From Chloroflexota bacterium (GTDB lineage: Bacteria > Chloroflexota > Dehalococcoidia > Dehalococcoidales > UBA2162), in contig JACQGQ010000048.1 of assembly GCA_016199495.1 (NCBI GenBank), forward strand, positions 1 through 48,932: 48,932 nucleotides of DNA, given 5' to 3'. Every line of letters starts with the position of its first letter. The stretch's first letter is position 1. Both the position numbers and the translations under genes were made by a program. Below are positions 9,776 to 19,066 of this stretch, piece after piece. The notes beneath the pieces are model-generated. The model searched no databases. It was not told where the DNA came from and saw only the letters and a program-made list of their open reading frames with translations.

Positions 9776-10083
9776 TTGAAAAGTTCCTCATCGGTCTTAA
9801 CCCCGCGTACATCCAGATTGGTGGCGCTGAAAGCCCTGACCATTGCCGCAATCAGCCTCGTCTTACTAAGCTTCTTGCCGCCACTGAACTTGGCTGTTGA
9901 AGCTAAGGTTTCAAGGTAGGCATCTTCGGCACCATTGAGAAATACGGATAGCTTTATCCTGGCAATCTCAGGTAACTCGTTCGGCTCCTTTTGAGGGGGT
10001 GCCGGCGCTGACCGGTCAGCGCCGGTGAGGCGCTCCAGGGCGCTGCCGTAGGCAAGTTCCTCAGTGACACGGGCTCTCTTCAT
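9748..10083 (-). CDS. Small ParA-partner protein, possibly ribbon-helix-helix DNA-binding
   Basis: ATGA overlap with parA; flexible N-terminus, then a beta-helix-helix-like pattern (RIKLSVFL...LSKTRLIAAMV). Confidence 0.65.
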   Translation of the reverse strand: MKRARVTEELAYGSALERLTGADRSAPAPPQKEPNELPEIARIKLSVFLNGAEDAYLETLASTAKFSGGKKLSKTRLIAAMVRAFSATNLDVRGVKTDEELFKRVTAQLRQ

Positions 10084-10859
10084 TTCATCACCTCTTTTGT
10101 CAGCAGTCGATAGGCATTGGCTCCGGCGGAATCAGGGGCATAGGTCAGGATTGACTGGCCGGCGGCCGGGGCTTCCTTGAAGCGAACACTGGTGGGGACA
10201 AGGGTATCAAACACCCTTATCTTGTTACCAAAGGCTCTCCGGGTAACGGCGATAACTTCCTGGCTGTGCAGGGTGCGGGGATTAGTCATGGTAAACAGTA
10301 TGCCCGAAATCTCCAGGGCCGGATTAAGGCTGTCTTTTACCCGGATAATCGTAGCCAGTAACATTGCCAGCCCTTTCATCGCCAGGAAGTCAGCTTGCAG
10401 GGGTATAATTACCTTGTCGGCGGCGGATAGGGCGTTGATGGTCAACAGCCCGAGGCTGGGCAGGCAATCGACCAGTATGAAATCATAAGACTGGCGTAGC
10501 GGCTGGAGCATCTCTTTTAACATTAGTTCCCGGGAAGGTACTGTCACCAGGTCAAGCTGTGCCTGTGATAGCTCGATGTTTGCCGGGATAAGGTCGATAT
10601 TCGGGTTGCTTGTCGGGGCAATAACGTCATGGATTGAGACGTTCCCGTTATTTTTGTTGATGATGCTCGCCATAACATCATACCCCGTGCTCTTGAGGTT
10701 GTCGGGATTGAATCCCAGGGTAATGGTAAGACTGGCCTGCGGGTCCCAGTCAACCAGTAAGACGCGTTTGCCGAATTCGCTTAAACCTTGAGCCAGGGCG
10801 GCGGCCGTGGTTGTCTTGCCTACTCCCCCCTTCTGGTTGGCGATACAGATAACCGGCAT
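10080..10859 (-). CDS. parA: ParA/Soj-family ATPase
   Basis: Deviant Walker A NQKGGVGKTT, DWDPQASLT, DCLPSLGLLTINAL. Confidence 0.93.
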   Translation of the reverse strand: MPVICIANQKGGVGKTTTAAALAQGLSEFGKRVLLVDWDPQASLTITLGFNPDNLKSTGYDVMASIINKNNGNVSIHDVIAPTSNPNIDLIPANIELSQAQLDLVTVPSRELMLKEMLQPLRQSYDFILVDCLPSLGLLTINALSAADKVIIPLQADFLAMKGLAMLLATIIRVKDSLNPALEISGILFTMTNPRTLHSQEVIAVTRRAFGNKIRVFDTLVPTSVRFKEAPAAGQSILTYAPDSAGANAYRLLTKEVMK

Positions 10860-10883
10860 TGCTCCCTCCCTGGTGGATAACTA

Positions 10884-10923
10884 TAGCATAATTGCGTAAT
10901 TGCGTCAATACTCTTTTACGTAA
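10884..10923. repeat. Phased octamer array upstream of parA
   Basis: TAGCATAA TTGCGTAA TTGCGTCA ATACTCTT TTACGTAA. Confidence 0.6.
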
Positions 10924-10994
10924 CTGAAGTCATGACGACATTTCGTAATCTCCAGCTTGAATAGTTATAATAGACTAGCCGCCTGTCCGAGAAT

Positions 10995-11047
10995 TGTCAT
11001 TCCGTTCCTGTATCTAGTACAGGACAAGACTTGATACGGAATCCAGG
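10995..11047 (+). repeat. Solitary REP-like palindrome of the GTCATTCC...GGAATCCA type with a nested hairpin
   Basis: TGTCATTCCG-T-TCCTGTA-TCTAG-TACAGGA-CAAGACTTGATA-CGGAATCCAGG. Confidence 0.55.
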
Positions 11048-11146
11048 TGGGGGGAGTATCGTAGCCGAAACCCTTGGGGGGAAGTATAATGAAAGGGTCT
11101 GTCTGGGGTAATCTGACTCAATTATGAGGAATATGAGGAAGCTATC

Positions 11147-12325
11147 GTGAAATTCGTCAGCGGAAAAGCTTACCTGGGTATTATCGTTATGGCTATCGTC
11201 CTGGCTGTCTTAGCCGGGCTTATCTGGTGGAATTTCAGGGCCAGCCGGCTCGTCGACCTGCCTTCAGTGCCGCCGGCGGCACCACCAGCCGAAGTCCCGG
11301 TTCTGGAAGACATACCGCCAGTGGCAGCCCCAGCTTTAGAAGATATACCATTAGCTGTCTCCCTGGCGCAAAAGCTGGAAATCCCCTGGGCGCTTGCTTT
11401 TCTGCCTGATGGCAGCATTGTTTTTACCGAGCGGGCCGGTAGAGTAAGACTGATTGATGCCCGAGAAGGCTTGTTAGCCGAACCCCTGCTGACTGTTGGG
11501 GAGACGGCTCATCGTGGTGAGGGTGGGCTACTGGGTATTGCCGTGCACCCTGATTTCACCAGCAATCACTTCATTTACCTTTATTACACCTACCAAGGGA
11601 GTGAGAGTCTGGCTAATCGGGTAGTCAGATTTAGTAAAAAAGATAATGCCCTGCTTGATGGGAAAACAATCCTTGATAACATTCCAGCCGCCGCTAACCA
11701 CAATGGTGGACGGATAAAGTTTGGTCCCGATGGGATGCTTTATGTCACCACCGGTGATGCTTCCCTGGCTGATTTAGCTCAGGATAGGGATTCCTTAGCC
11801 GGGAAAATTCTACGCCTGAAAGATGATGGCACCATTCCACCCGATAACCCTTTCCCCGGCTCGCCGCTTTATTCTCTTGGGCATCGTAATCCTCAAGGCT
11901 TGGCCTGGGATTCTCAGGGACGACTGTGGGCAGTGGAGCATGGCGCCAGTGCTACTGATGAACTGAACTTGATTAAGCCGGGTCATAACTATGGCTGGCC
12001 AGTGATTCGTGGCGACGAGACAGAGACTGGTCTGGAAAGTCCGCTGATTCACAGCGGCCAGGAAACCTGGGCGCCATCGGGGCTTACCTTTTTTGACGGC
12101 ACTCTCTTTTTTGTCGGCTTACGCGGGCAGAGTTTGTATCAGGCGGTCATCAAAAATGAAGGGGTGACGCTGCAGCGTCACCTGGACAGGAATTTCGGCC
12201 GACTGCGCGATGTTGTCGTCGGGCCGGATAATATGCTCTACATCCTGACCAGCAATCGCGATGGACGCGGTCTACCCGCGGCTGAGGATGACCAGATTAT
12301 CAGGATAAATCCCGGGAAACTCTGA
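11147..12325 (+). CDS. PQQ-dependent sugar dehydrogenase (glucose/sorbosone family), membrane-anchored
   Basis: PWALAFLPDG, GEGGLLGIAVHPDF, HNGGRIKFGPDG, GHRNPQG, GRLRDV; N-terminal TM helix. Confidence 0.93.
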   Translation: MKFVSGKAYLGIIVMAIVLAVLAGLIWWNFRASRLVDLPSVPPAAPPAEVPVLEDIPPVAAPALEDIPLAVSLAQKLEIPWALAFLPDGSIVFTERAGRVRLIDAREGLLAEPLLTVGETAHRGEGGLLGIAVHPDFTSNHFIYLYYTYQGSESLANRVVRFSKKDNALLDGKTILDNIPAAANHNGGRIKFGPDGMLYVTTGDASLADLAQDRDSLAGKILRLKDDGTIPPDNPFPGSPLYSLGHRNPQGLAWDSQGRLWAVEHGASATDELNLIKPGHNYGWPVIRGDETETGLESPLIHSGQETWAPSGLTFFDGTLFFVGLRGQSLYQAVIKNEGVTLQRHLDRNFGRLRDVVVGPDNMLYILTSNRDGRGLPAAEDDQIIRINPGKL

Positions 12326-13010
12326 GCTTTAGCAGATAACCCCCAGCCACTCCCCCCAAAATTATGGCTGTACCTGCTGTCGCCAGGGTAATGAACAGGG
12401 TGGCATCATACCAGAAGCCCCGGGGGAAGAGCATTACCAGGTAATCTCGGGTCGGGTCAAGCTGCCAGAAATCATTGGCGAAACTGAGCCAATGAAACTG
12501 CAAAAATAGCTGGTCAAAACCGAGCAGCGTGCCTGACCCCAGGGCCAGCATCAGAGCCAGGGTGAGACTACAGCCACCAACCACCCCCCGGGCCAGCCGC
12601 CGCCAGTATCTTTTCCTTCGCCAGAGGAGACTAATCCCGACATAGCCTGAAGCGTAAATCAGTGTCCCCAGTAAAAGCTGGTAATCCAGCCAGACGAGCG
12701 CTTTGACATCACTGAGATGAATTATCTCCCGTTGGTTAAATAGCGCAAATGGCTGGCTATCCTTGACTACGGTAAGACTGATAGATTCTTCAGCGGAGTT
12801 AAAGTATGAAATCAAGCCTCTGGCCGCCTTGTCCAGTTCTGTTACCGCCAGTCCCGTGCTCCGGCTAATTTCATATCGGGCAAAGCCATATTTATAGAGC
12901 CAGAGACTATTAAACGCCCCGCCGATGCTGGCCGTCAGCAGTAGTACGGGCAGGCTGAGCATAAAAGCCCATTTAGTGGTCGTAGCAAGAATTCTCAATT
13001 CTATCCCCAT
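12300..13010 (-). CDS. TIGR01906/DUF1461 membrane protein (Lit-like lipoprotein intramolecular transacylase)
   Basis: REIIHLSDVK, FDQLFLQFHWLSFANDFWQLDP..DYLVMLFP.GFW. Confidence 0.82.
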   Translation of the reverse strand: MGIELRILATTTKWAFMLSLPVLLLTASIGGAFNSLWLYKYGFARYEISRSTGLAVTELDKAARGLISYFNSAEESISLTVVKDSQPFALFNQREIIHLSDVKALVWLDYQLLLGTLIYASGYVGISLLWRRKRYWRRLARGVVGGCSLTLALMLALGSGTLLGFDQLFLQFHWLSFANDFWQLDPTRDYLVMLFPRGFWYDATLFITLATAGTAIILGGVAGGYLLKLRVSRDLS

Positions 13011-13066
13011 TGAGATTTTATACTATTTCATTCGGGGCAGCGGACTGCGAACAAACCAAGCCTTAT

Positions 13067-13507
13067 TCAGACTTCTTTGCGGCGGATAAAAAGCCAGTTT
13101 TTATCCGCAGTGTGGATTAAAGCATAACTACCTGATAGCTTCTTACCTCTCAACGAGAATTCCACAATATCAGTGGACTCCCTCTTCAAATCAAATTCAC
13201 CCTTGTCCCAGATTTCGACACTACCGGCACCGTACTCTCCTTGAGGGATTTCCCCGGCGAAATCAATGTAGTCAACGGGGTGGTCTTCTACCTTGATGGC
13301 TAGTCGTCGGACACCAGGTTTAAGGGGAGGGCCCTTGGGCACCGCCCAGCTCTGCAGGACGCCACCAATTTCCAACCGAAAATCATAATGGAGATGGGCA
13401 GCCTGGTGTTTTTGGACAACAAAACGGTGTTGCCCTTTATCCTGGTCATCCCTCCAGGGCGGTTCCGGGGTTTTGTCAAAATGGCGCTTCTCCTGGTAGG
13501 TTTTCAA
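13067..13507 (-). CDS. Stand-alone LigD-type 3'-phosphoesterase
   Basis: YQEKRHFDKTPEP, FVVQKHQAAHLHYDFRLE, SWAVPKGP, EDHPVDY, IWDKG. Confidence 0.92.
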   Translation of the reverse strand: MKTYQEKRHFDKTPEPPWRDDQDKGQHRFVVQKHQAAHLHYDFRLEIGGVLQSWAVPKGPPLKPGVRRLAIKVEDHPVDYIDFAGEIPQGEYGAGSVEIWDKGEFDLKRESTDIVEFSLRGKKLSGSYALIHTADKNWLFIRRKEV

Positions 13508-13695
13508 CCTGCCTTTAGCCCTTCAGCACGTTGCTGAGTCGGACCCAGCTAGTGCCACCGTTACTACTATTCTGATGATAGCATAAAAGGAGATGCATGA
13601 GCATCCGTAAAGGTGCCACTTTCCCGGGAGGTGATAAAAAAGAGAGACTCATCGGGGGTGTTTGAAGCTCTGTTCTTGGCGACAATGCCGCCTGG

Positions 13696-14223
13696 CTATA
13701 CTTTTTGAGCTATTAGACTTGCGATAGCCTTTTGCTCCCCAATGATTCCTTCACGGTAACGAAGACAGCGCCAATCACGAAACATGTTGAGCAGCTCATT
13801 ATGTTTCAGCAGGTGGGCGGGGTTCTTTGGCTTCTCAAACTGAGCCTGGTCAATAATAAAGGTTTCGTAGACGACTATTCCTCCCCTCCGTAACCCGTCT
13901 TTAATCTGTGATATCAGCGAGCGCTGCCAATAATTGAAGCAGATAATCACACTATAGGCGTCTTTTTCGATATGGTAGTTACTTTCCAGGTCAGCGACTT
14001 GTGTGCGGATGCTAACGCCGGCCTGCCGCGCCGAGGCCAAAGCCTCATTTACTGCTTCAGGTGATATATCAACGCCGGCTGCGTCAAAACCCATTTTTGC
14101 CAGGTAGATTGTGTTCCGTCCGTTACCCATTGCCACATCGAGGGCTTTTCCTTTCGGTAAGAGTTCGATGTTCTCTACCAGGAATTGGGCTGGCGCCAAA
14201 CTATTTTTCTGATTATCGGTCAT
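13696..14223 (-). CDS. Class I SAM methyltransferase (TehB-like)
   Basis: ALDVAMGNGRN motif I. Confidence 0.85.
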   Translation of the reverse strand: MTDNQKNSLAPAQFLVENIELLPKGKALDVAMGNGRNTIYLAKMGFDAAGVDISPEAVNEALASARQAGVSIRTQVADLESNYHIEKDAYSVIICFNYWQRSLISQIKDGLRRGGIVVYETFIIDQAQFEKPKNPAHLLKHNELLNMFRDWRCLRYREGIIGEQKAIASLIAQKV

Positions 14224-14244
14224 CTCGCCCCGTTGAGAAACGCT

Positions 14245-14859
14245 TCAGGTTGCCGCCAGTTTCTTGGCAATGGTAGCCACATGACGGCCCTGGAAACGAG
14301 CCATAGCCAGTTCGTTCTCACTGGGCAGGCGGCTGCCATCACCGCCAGCAATCGTGCTGGCACCGTAGGGACTGCCGCCGCTTATCTCTTCCAGGGTCAT
14401 CTGGCGGGTCTCGGAGTAAGGTAGCCCCACGATGACCATGCCTAGATGAAGTAGGGTGGTGTGGAAGCTGGTGATGGTCGTCTCCTGGCCGCCGTGCTGG
14501 GTGGCGCTGGAGGTAAAGACACTGCCCACCTTACCGACGAGAGCGTTTTGTATCCATAAGCCACCGGTCTGGTCGAGGAAGTTACGCATCTGGGCGCACA
14601 TATTGCCGAAACGAGTCGGCGCCCCGAAGATAATACCGTCGGCGTCAGCTAAATCAGCCGGTTTGGCTATGGGGATATGAGTGAAGGCTTGACGGGCTTG
14701 CTTTGCTCCCGATTTCTCTAATACCTCGTCGGGAATTAGCTCGGCAACTTGAAGCAGTTCTACCCTAGCACCATCAACCTCCCTGGCCCCTTCCGCCATT
14801 GCCTCAGCCATCCGGTAGATATGACCGTACATGCTGTAAAAGACTACTTTCACTCTCAT
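14245..14859 (-). CDS. wrbA: NAD(P)H:quinone oxidoreductase WrbA
   Basis: [34 protein letters not shown]. Confidence 0.96.
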   Translation of the reverse strand: MRVKVVFYSMYGHIYRMAEAMAEGAREVDGARVELLQVAELIPDEVLEKSGAKQARQAFTHIPIAKPADLADADGIIFGAPTRFGNMCAQMRNFLDQTGGLWIQNALVGKVGSVFTSSATQHGGQETTITSFHTTLLHLGMVIVGLPYSETRQMTLEEISGGSPYGASTIAGGDGSRLPSENELAMARFQGRHVATIAKKLAAT

Positions 14860-14974
14860 GGCGACTACTCCTTTTGTTTTCTGTTAAGTTGTTGCTTTAT
14901 AAGATAGCGCTTCGAGATAGGAGCGTCAAGCAATGTCAGTGGGCGGCGGTTGCTCTACTATCTCCGATGTGTCC

Positions 14975-15445
14975 TTATCCCCCACTGGTCTGCGGAAAAG
15001 CAACCTCGGTGTAGAGAAATTCCACTCTTTGCTTGTGTTCCAGCTCTTGTGATGCCAACTGCTCAAGCAGTCTTTTCATTTCTCCGGGAGGATGGATGCC
15101 GGCAAGAGCTTGGTACAACTCATGGGAGTGCATTTCCCGGTTGGCGGCCAGCAAGAAAACGTCCTTAAGTTGCATATCAGGCGATATTTCAGGTTGGTCA
15201 AGGTGTTCGGCAATCTTATAATCCAGGACCTGCCCTCGACTCAGTGTGCCCGCCTTAAGCTCGCCCCGCTGATATTGTTCCAGCAGGTTCTGATGCCAAT
15301 TCTCCTGCCGGGCTAATTCCTGAAAGGTATCTTTGGCGACCTGGTCTTTCATTTTTTGGCTCAGGCTAATGTAGAGGAGGCGCGACCCGATTTCTTTCTG
15401 TATCGCCCTTTCCAGGACCTCGTTGAGAGTAAACTGTGTTGCCAT
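14975..15445 (-). CDS. Ferritin-like / rubrerythrin-domain protein
   Basis: AIQKE...QENWH...ANRE...QELEH diiron pattern; no rubredoxin domain. Confidence 0.85.
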   Translation of the reverse strand: MATQFTLNEVLERAIQKEIGSRLLYISLSQKMKDQVAKDTFQELARQENWHQNLLEQYQRGELKAGTLSRGQVLDYKIAEHLDQPEISPDMQLKDVFLLAANREMHSHELYQALAGIHPPGEMKRLLEQLASQELEHKQRVEFLYTEVAFPQTSGG

Positions 15446-15476
15446 GAGATTGCCTCAAATTAAGGTCTGAGTTATT

Positions 15477-15794
15477 CTATTTTGATTTTTCAATGACTTC
15501 CTCGACCCACTTCATAGCCGCACTCATCGTGGGAAAGCCAGCGGTGGTAAAGGCCATCAGTACCGCATGGCGAAGCTCATCGGGTGAGACCCCCTCCTCT
15601 AAGGCTCGCCGGGTGTGTGACCTCACTCCCCCCTCTGAATTCAGTCCTATGGCGATACCTAGTTTTATCAGCCGCCGTACCTTTTCATCGAGCGGTCCCC
15701 ATTCGTGACAATTAACAGCCAGAGCGTCATAAGCTTTAGCCACCTCAGGGAACTGCTGCTTAAACTCCTGATATATTTCGGGTAGGTAGTTCAT
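15477..15794 (-). CDS. Carboxymuconolactone decarboxylase (CMD) family protein
   Basis: GPLDEKVRRLIKLGIAIG...SHTRRALEEG...TTAGFP. Confidence 0.88.
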   Translation of the reverse strand: MNYLPEIYQEFKQQFPEVAKAYDALAVNCHEWGPLDEKVRRLIKLGIAIGLNSEGGVRSHTRRALEEGVSPDELRHAVLMAFTTAGFPTMSAAMKWVEEVIEKSK

Positions 15795-15854
15795 AATATC
15801 CCCCTGTCGTATAAGCCGTTATTTTCCCCCTTTACCCTGGTTAGATTCCGACAC

Positions 15855-16436
15855 TTAAATTTTCCCAACCAGGTCTAGCCCCGGGGTCAGCGTCTCTTCC
15901 CCTGGCTGCCAACTGGCCGGACAAACCTGCTCGGCATGTTCTCTCACGAATACTGCGGCTTGCAGTTTCCGCAAAAGCTCTTTGGCGCTGCGACCAATGT
16001 TGTTGGCATGTATCTCGTAGGCTTTGAGAATACCATCAGGGTCAATGATAAAACTGCCCCGCAGTGAAACTCCTTCTTCTTCGATATAAGTGCCAAATTC
16101 GCGGCAAAGTTTCCCGGCTGGGTCGGCGACCATCAGGTATTTAACTTTTCTGATAGCCGGAGATTGGTCGTGCCAGGCCTTATGAACAAATACTGTATCA
16201 GTGCTTATGCTCAATATCTCGGCGCCCAATTTCTTGAATTCTTCATAATAATTAGCCGCTTCCTCCAGTTCCGTGGGGCAAATAAAAGTGAAATCAGCCG
16301 GGTAAAATATCAAGACCAGCCACTTGCCCCTGTAATCAGAAAGCTTGACTCTCTTTATCTTCTCGTTGTGGAATGCTTCCAGCTCAAGGTCTGGAATCTG
16401 GTGATTAATTTGTACCATTTTTGTCATCTCCTCCAT
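15855..16436 (-). CDS. ahpC: 2-Cys peroxiredoxin AhpC
   Basis: FYPADFTFICPTE and QVCPASW; true start probably 16436 or 16418 from RBS spacing. Confidence 0.95.
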   Translation of the reverse strand: MEEMTKMVQINHQIPDLELEAFHNEKIKRVKLSDYRGKWLVLIFYPADFTFICPTELEEAANYYEEFKKLGAEILSISTDTVFVHKAWHDQSPAIRKVKYLMVADPAGKLCREFGTYIEEEGVSLRGSFIIDPDGILKAYEIHANNIGRSAKELLRKLQAAVFVREHAEQVCPASWQPGEETLTPGLDLVGKI

Positions 16437-16596
16437 TAATTTTTCCTCCTTCATTTAGTCCTGTTATTTTTATCCTTTAGCCAGTCACTGAATAGCGTCA
16501 TCAAGCATGGTCATAGGCAGTCATTGCTGACGGCCTATTGATGACGGCCTGAACCAGGTCAGCGACATGGTCGATTGCTCAACCTCCAGGGCGAAT

Positions 16597-16842
16597 TTAG
16601 TGAATCTTTCTAATGAATTCCTTAACCTGATAATCCCACTCCTGGGATTCCAGTTCCACAGAGGTTCCCTTCGCCTCGGCACAGGCGTTGACATTAATGC
16701 TACCGCCACCCCCCTCAAAGTAGGCGCAGTCGGCAGTCTGATTTTTGACCGCCAGTCCATGGCCCTTAGGGCCGAAGAAATCGACGGCACGTTTGATTGC
16801 TTCCTCAGGGCTCAGCTTGGTTTTTGTCGCTATTTTTAGCAT
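16597..16842 (-). CDS. Hypothetical 81-aa protein
   Basis: Strong AGGAGGAG RBS, protein-like composition, co-oriented with neighbours. Confidence 0.7.
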   Translation of the reverse strand: MLKIATKTKLSPEEAIKRAVDFFGPKGHGLAVKNQTADCAYFEGGGGSINVNACAEAKGTSVELESQEWDYQVKEFIRKIH

Positions 16843-16891
16843 TTTTCTCCTCCTTTTTCACTAATCATACTATAATATGCCATGACAATTC

Positions 16892-17482
16892 TTATGATAC
16901 CTTCTTACCGTGGAACAGCTCGCTCCCGGCACCGGGATAGGCTACTCGCTCCGTTACTGGCGTGGGTGTTTCCACCCTGGGCCACGTCTGTGTTTGAGGC
17001 TCCGCCCCTTCCAGCGTTATCTGAGAAGGTACCTGGTCTCTCATCCGGGGGTTTTTTCGAATATCGATTCCGGGCACGTTGTGGGAAAACTCGATTGGGA
17101 TACCGTTCGGGTCATGGGCATAGATTGAGTGGATAAAACCGTGGTCGATAACATCCGATACGTGAAATCCGGCTGCCTCCAGTCTATCCTTCAGTTGCCA
17201 CAGGTCATCCTCCGATTCAACACCGAAGGAAACATGGTCAAAGATAAAAGGACCGGCCACCGGTCGGCCGTGCTCTTTCTTGGCTACGGCTTCAGTCCCC
17301 GGCCATTCGAAGAAGGCAATAAGGTCACTGTCGGAAAGCTGGAAGAAGTAGTGTCGGTAGCCCGGCCGGCCGAGACCGGCAACGAGTCGCATACCCAGCA
17401 GGTCCCTCCAGAAACGGATAGTCTTATCCATGTCTCCGGTCGCCATTGCCAGGTGATTGACCCCATTAAATTTCATCGTCAC
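16892..17482 (-). CDS. VOC/glyoxalase-family protein
   Basis: GVNHLAM, DHVSFGV, SIYAHDPNGIPIEF. Confidence 0.9.
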   Translation of the reverse strand: MTMKFNGVNHLAMATGDMDKTIRFWRDLLGMRLVAGLGRPGYRHYFFQLSDSDLIAFFEWPGTEAVAKKEHGRPVAGPFIFDHVSFGVESEDDLWQLKDRLEAAGFHVSDVIDHGFIHSIYAHDPNGIPIEFSHNVPGIDIRKNPRMRDQVPSQITLEGAEPQTQTWPRVETPTPVTERVAYPGAGSELFHGKKVS

Positions 17483-17636
17483 ACCTCCCAGCGGACATTT
17501 ACGTCAGGATAGACAGGGTTACCAATTGTCTTAGCCGTATTATCCTGGCTGTCCTGCCGGCTTGTCTGGCTATAATCATAACATTATTAGAGCTTTCTGT
17601 AATTGGTAACAGGCAAGACACAGGAGCAAGAGGAAT

Positions 17637-18101
17637 TTAAGAACTTACCGTTTCACCGAAGGCCTTACCGTAATCATGACAGGCATGCATACCCTCAGAT
17701 GTTTCCACTTTTGTCTCCGGCAGGTTAAACGGCCCCAGCGCAAACGGTTCCATCTTATGTTCCTTCTGCAGAATATCGAAAATGATGGCGGGCGCATGGG
17801 TATCGTGTCTGTAGGCGACATCGTGTGTGTAGGCGCCAAAAGCGCCGCCCAATTTGCCTTCGAGGTTTACCTTTGCTGCTGTCGAGAGGAACGTTTTCAT
17901 AGGTTTGGGCAGGTCGAGCGAAAAGGTGGGAGCACCAAAAATACAGCCATCGTATTCTGTCATCTCGGCAGTATCTTTTATGTCCCCTATCTTCTTCACC
18001 ACGGCCTCGTGGCCGCTGAGACGAACGCCCTCGGCAATATATTCCGCCATCTTCGCCGTCATCCCGGCCAGGCTGAAATAGGCAATAAGCACCTTTTTCA
18101 C
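17637..18101 (-). CDS. Flavodoxin-like protein
   Basis: YFSLAGMTAKMAEYIAEG, GAPTF, KLGGAFGAY. Confidence 0.85.
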   Translation of the reverse strand: MKKVLIAYFSLAGMTAKMAEYIAEGVRLSGHEAVVKKIGDIKDTAEMTEYDGCIFGAPTFSLDLPKPMKTFLSTAAKVNLEGKLGGAFGAYTHDVAYRHDTHAPAIIFDILQKEHKMEPFALGPFNLPETKVETSEGMHACHDYGKAFGETVSS

Positions 18102-18130
18102 GGCTTAGCCCCCTTTTTCATACAGGTCGG

Positions 18131-18709
18131 CTATTTGAGGTTTTTGGTCACGAAATCCCAGTTCACCAAATTCCAGAAAGCCTCTAAGTATTTAGCTCGG
18201 GCATTCCGATAGTCGATGTAGTAAGCATGTTCCCAGACATCGCAGGTCAGCAGTGCCTTCTTCCCTGCCTGTAACGGATTGCCCGCATTGCCGCTAGTTT
18301 CAATGGAAAGACTGCCATCAGGATTCTTTACCAGCCAGGCCCATCCCGAACCAAATAGGGTCGCGGCGGCATTAGTAAATTGCTCTTTAAACTTGGCGAA
18401 TGAGCCGAATTTTTTGCTGATGGCGCCGGCCAGCCCCCCGGAAGGTTCGGCGCCGCCTTTAGGGGAGAGACAGTTCCAGTAGAAAGTGTGGTTCCATACC
18501 TGGGCGGCATTGTTGAAAATGCCGCCGGACGATTTCTGAACGATTTCTTCCAGTGACATCTTCTCGAATTCAGTGCCTTTAATGAGCCGGTTTATGTTGT
18601 CGACGTAGGCCTGGTGGTGTTTCCCGTAGTGGTATTCGATAGTCTCCGCCGAGATATGGGGCGCCAGGGCATTGTTAGCATAGGGCAATTTCGGTAACTG
18701 GTGTTCCAT
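18131..18709 (-). CDS. sodB: Fe superoxide dismutase
   Basis: [20 protein letters not shown] (Fe-type AAQ), DVWEHAYY. Confidence 0.96.
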   Translation of the reverse strand: MEHQLPKLPYANNALAPHISAETIEYHYGKHHQAYVDNINRLIKGTEFEKMSLEEIVQKSSGGIFNNAAQVWNHTFYWNCLSPKGGAEPSGGLAGAISKKFGSFAKFKEQFTNAAATLFGSGWAWLVKNPDGSLSIETSGNAGNPLQAGKKALLTCDVWEHAYYIDYRNARAKYLEAFWNLVNWDFVTKNLK

Positions 18710-18840
18710 AACTTCCTCCTTTATTTATTAATTTTGGGGTATCAGATATTAGGGACATTATAGTTTTTCCGTAGAGAATCTGTATGTGACTTTTATCTCC
18801 ATCTAATGATAAAGGCAGATACTACTGGTCACCCAGCTAA

Positions 18841-18937
18841 GACTAGCCGTCAGCAGCAGGATGAACAGGCAGAGGATAAAGAGCCATTTAGTGCCGGTAT
18901 CAAAAATCCTCAATTTTATCTCTACTGAGATTTTACA
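18841..18937 (-). pseudogene. Degenerate copy of the 5' end of the TIGR01906/Lit-like gene
   Basis: GCCGTCAGCAG...GGCAG...ATAAA..GCCATTTAGTG...CTCAATT.TATC...TGAGATTTTA aligns with about 12927-13023; the start ATG is lost. Confidence 0.7.
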
Positions 18938-18967
18938 CCGTCAGGGTTAAAAAGAATAGTGTTATCT

Positions 18968-19061
18968 ACCTCACCCCCTTAATCCCCCTCTCCTTCAAAG
19001 GAGAGGGGGAAGAAAATAAAAGAGGGGCGAAAGCCCCTCTTAGACGCCCGTTCGGGTCTGA
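18968..19061 (+). repeat. Palindromic repeat, left half (A+B), copy 3
   Basis: ACCTCACCCCCTTAATCCCCCTCTCCTTCAAAGGAGAGGGGG...AAGAGGGGC-GAAA-GCCCCTCTT-AGACGCCC. Confidence 0.9.
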
Positions 19062-19066
19062 GTTTA

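Noticed and set aside
13597-13665. 22-codon ORF after AAGGAG (MSIRKGATFPGG...)
   Set aside because: Too short and has no motif support.
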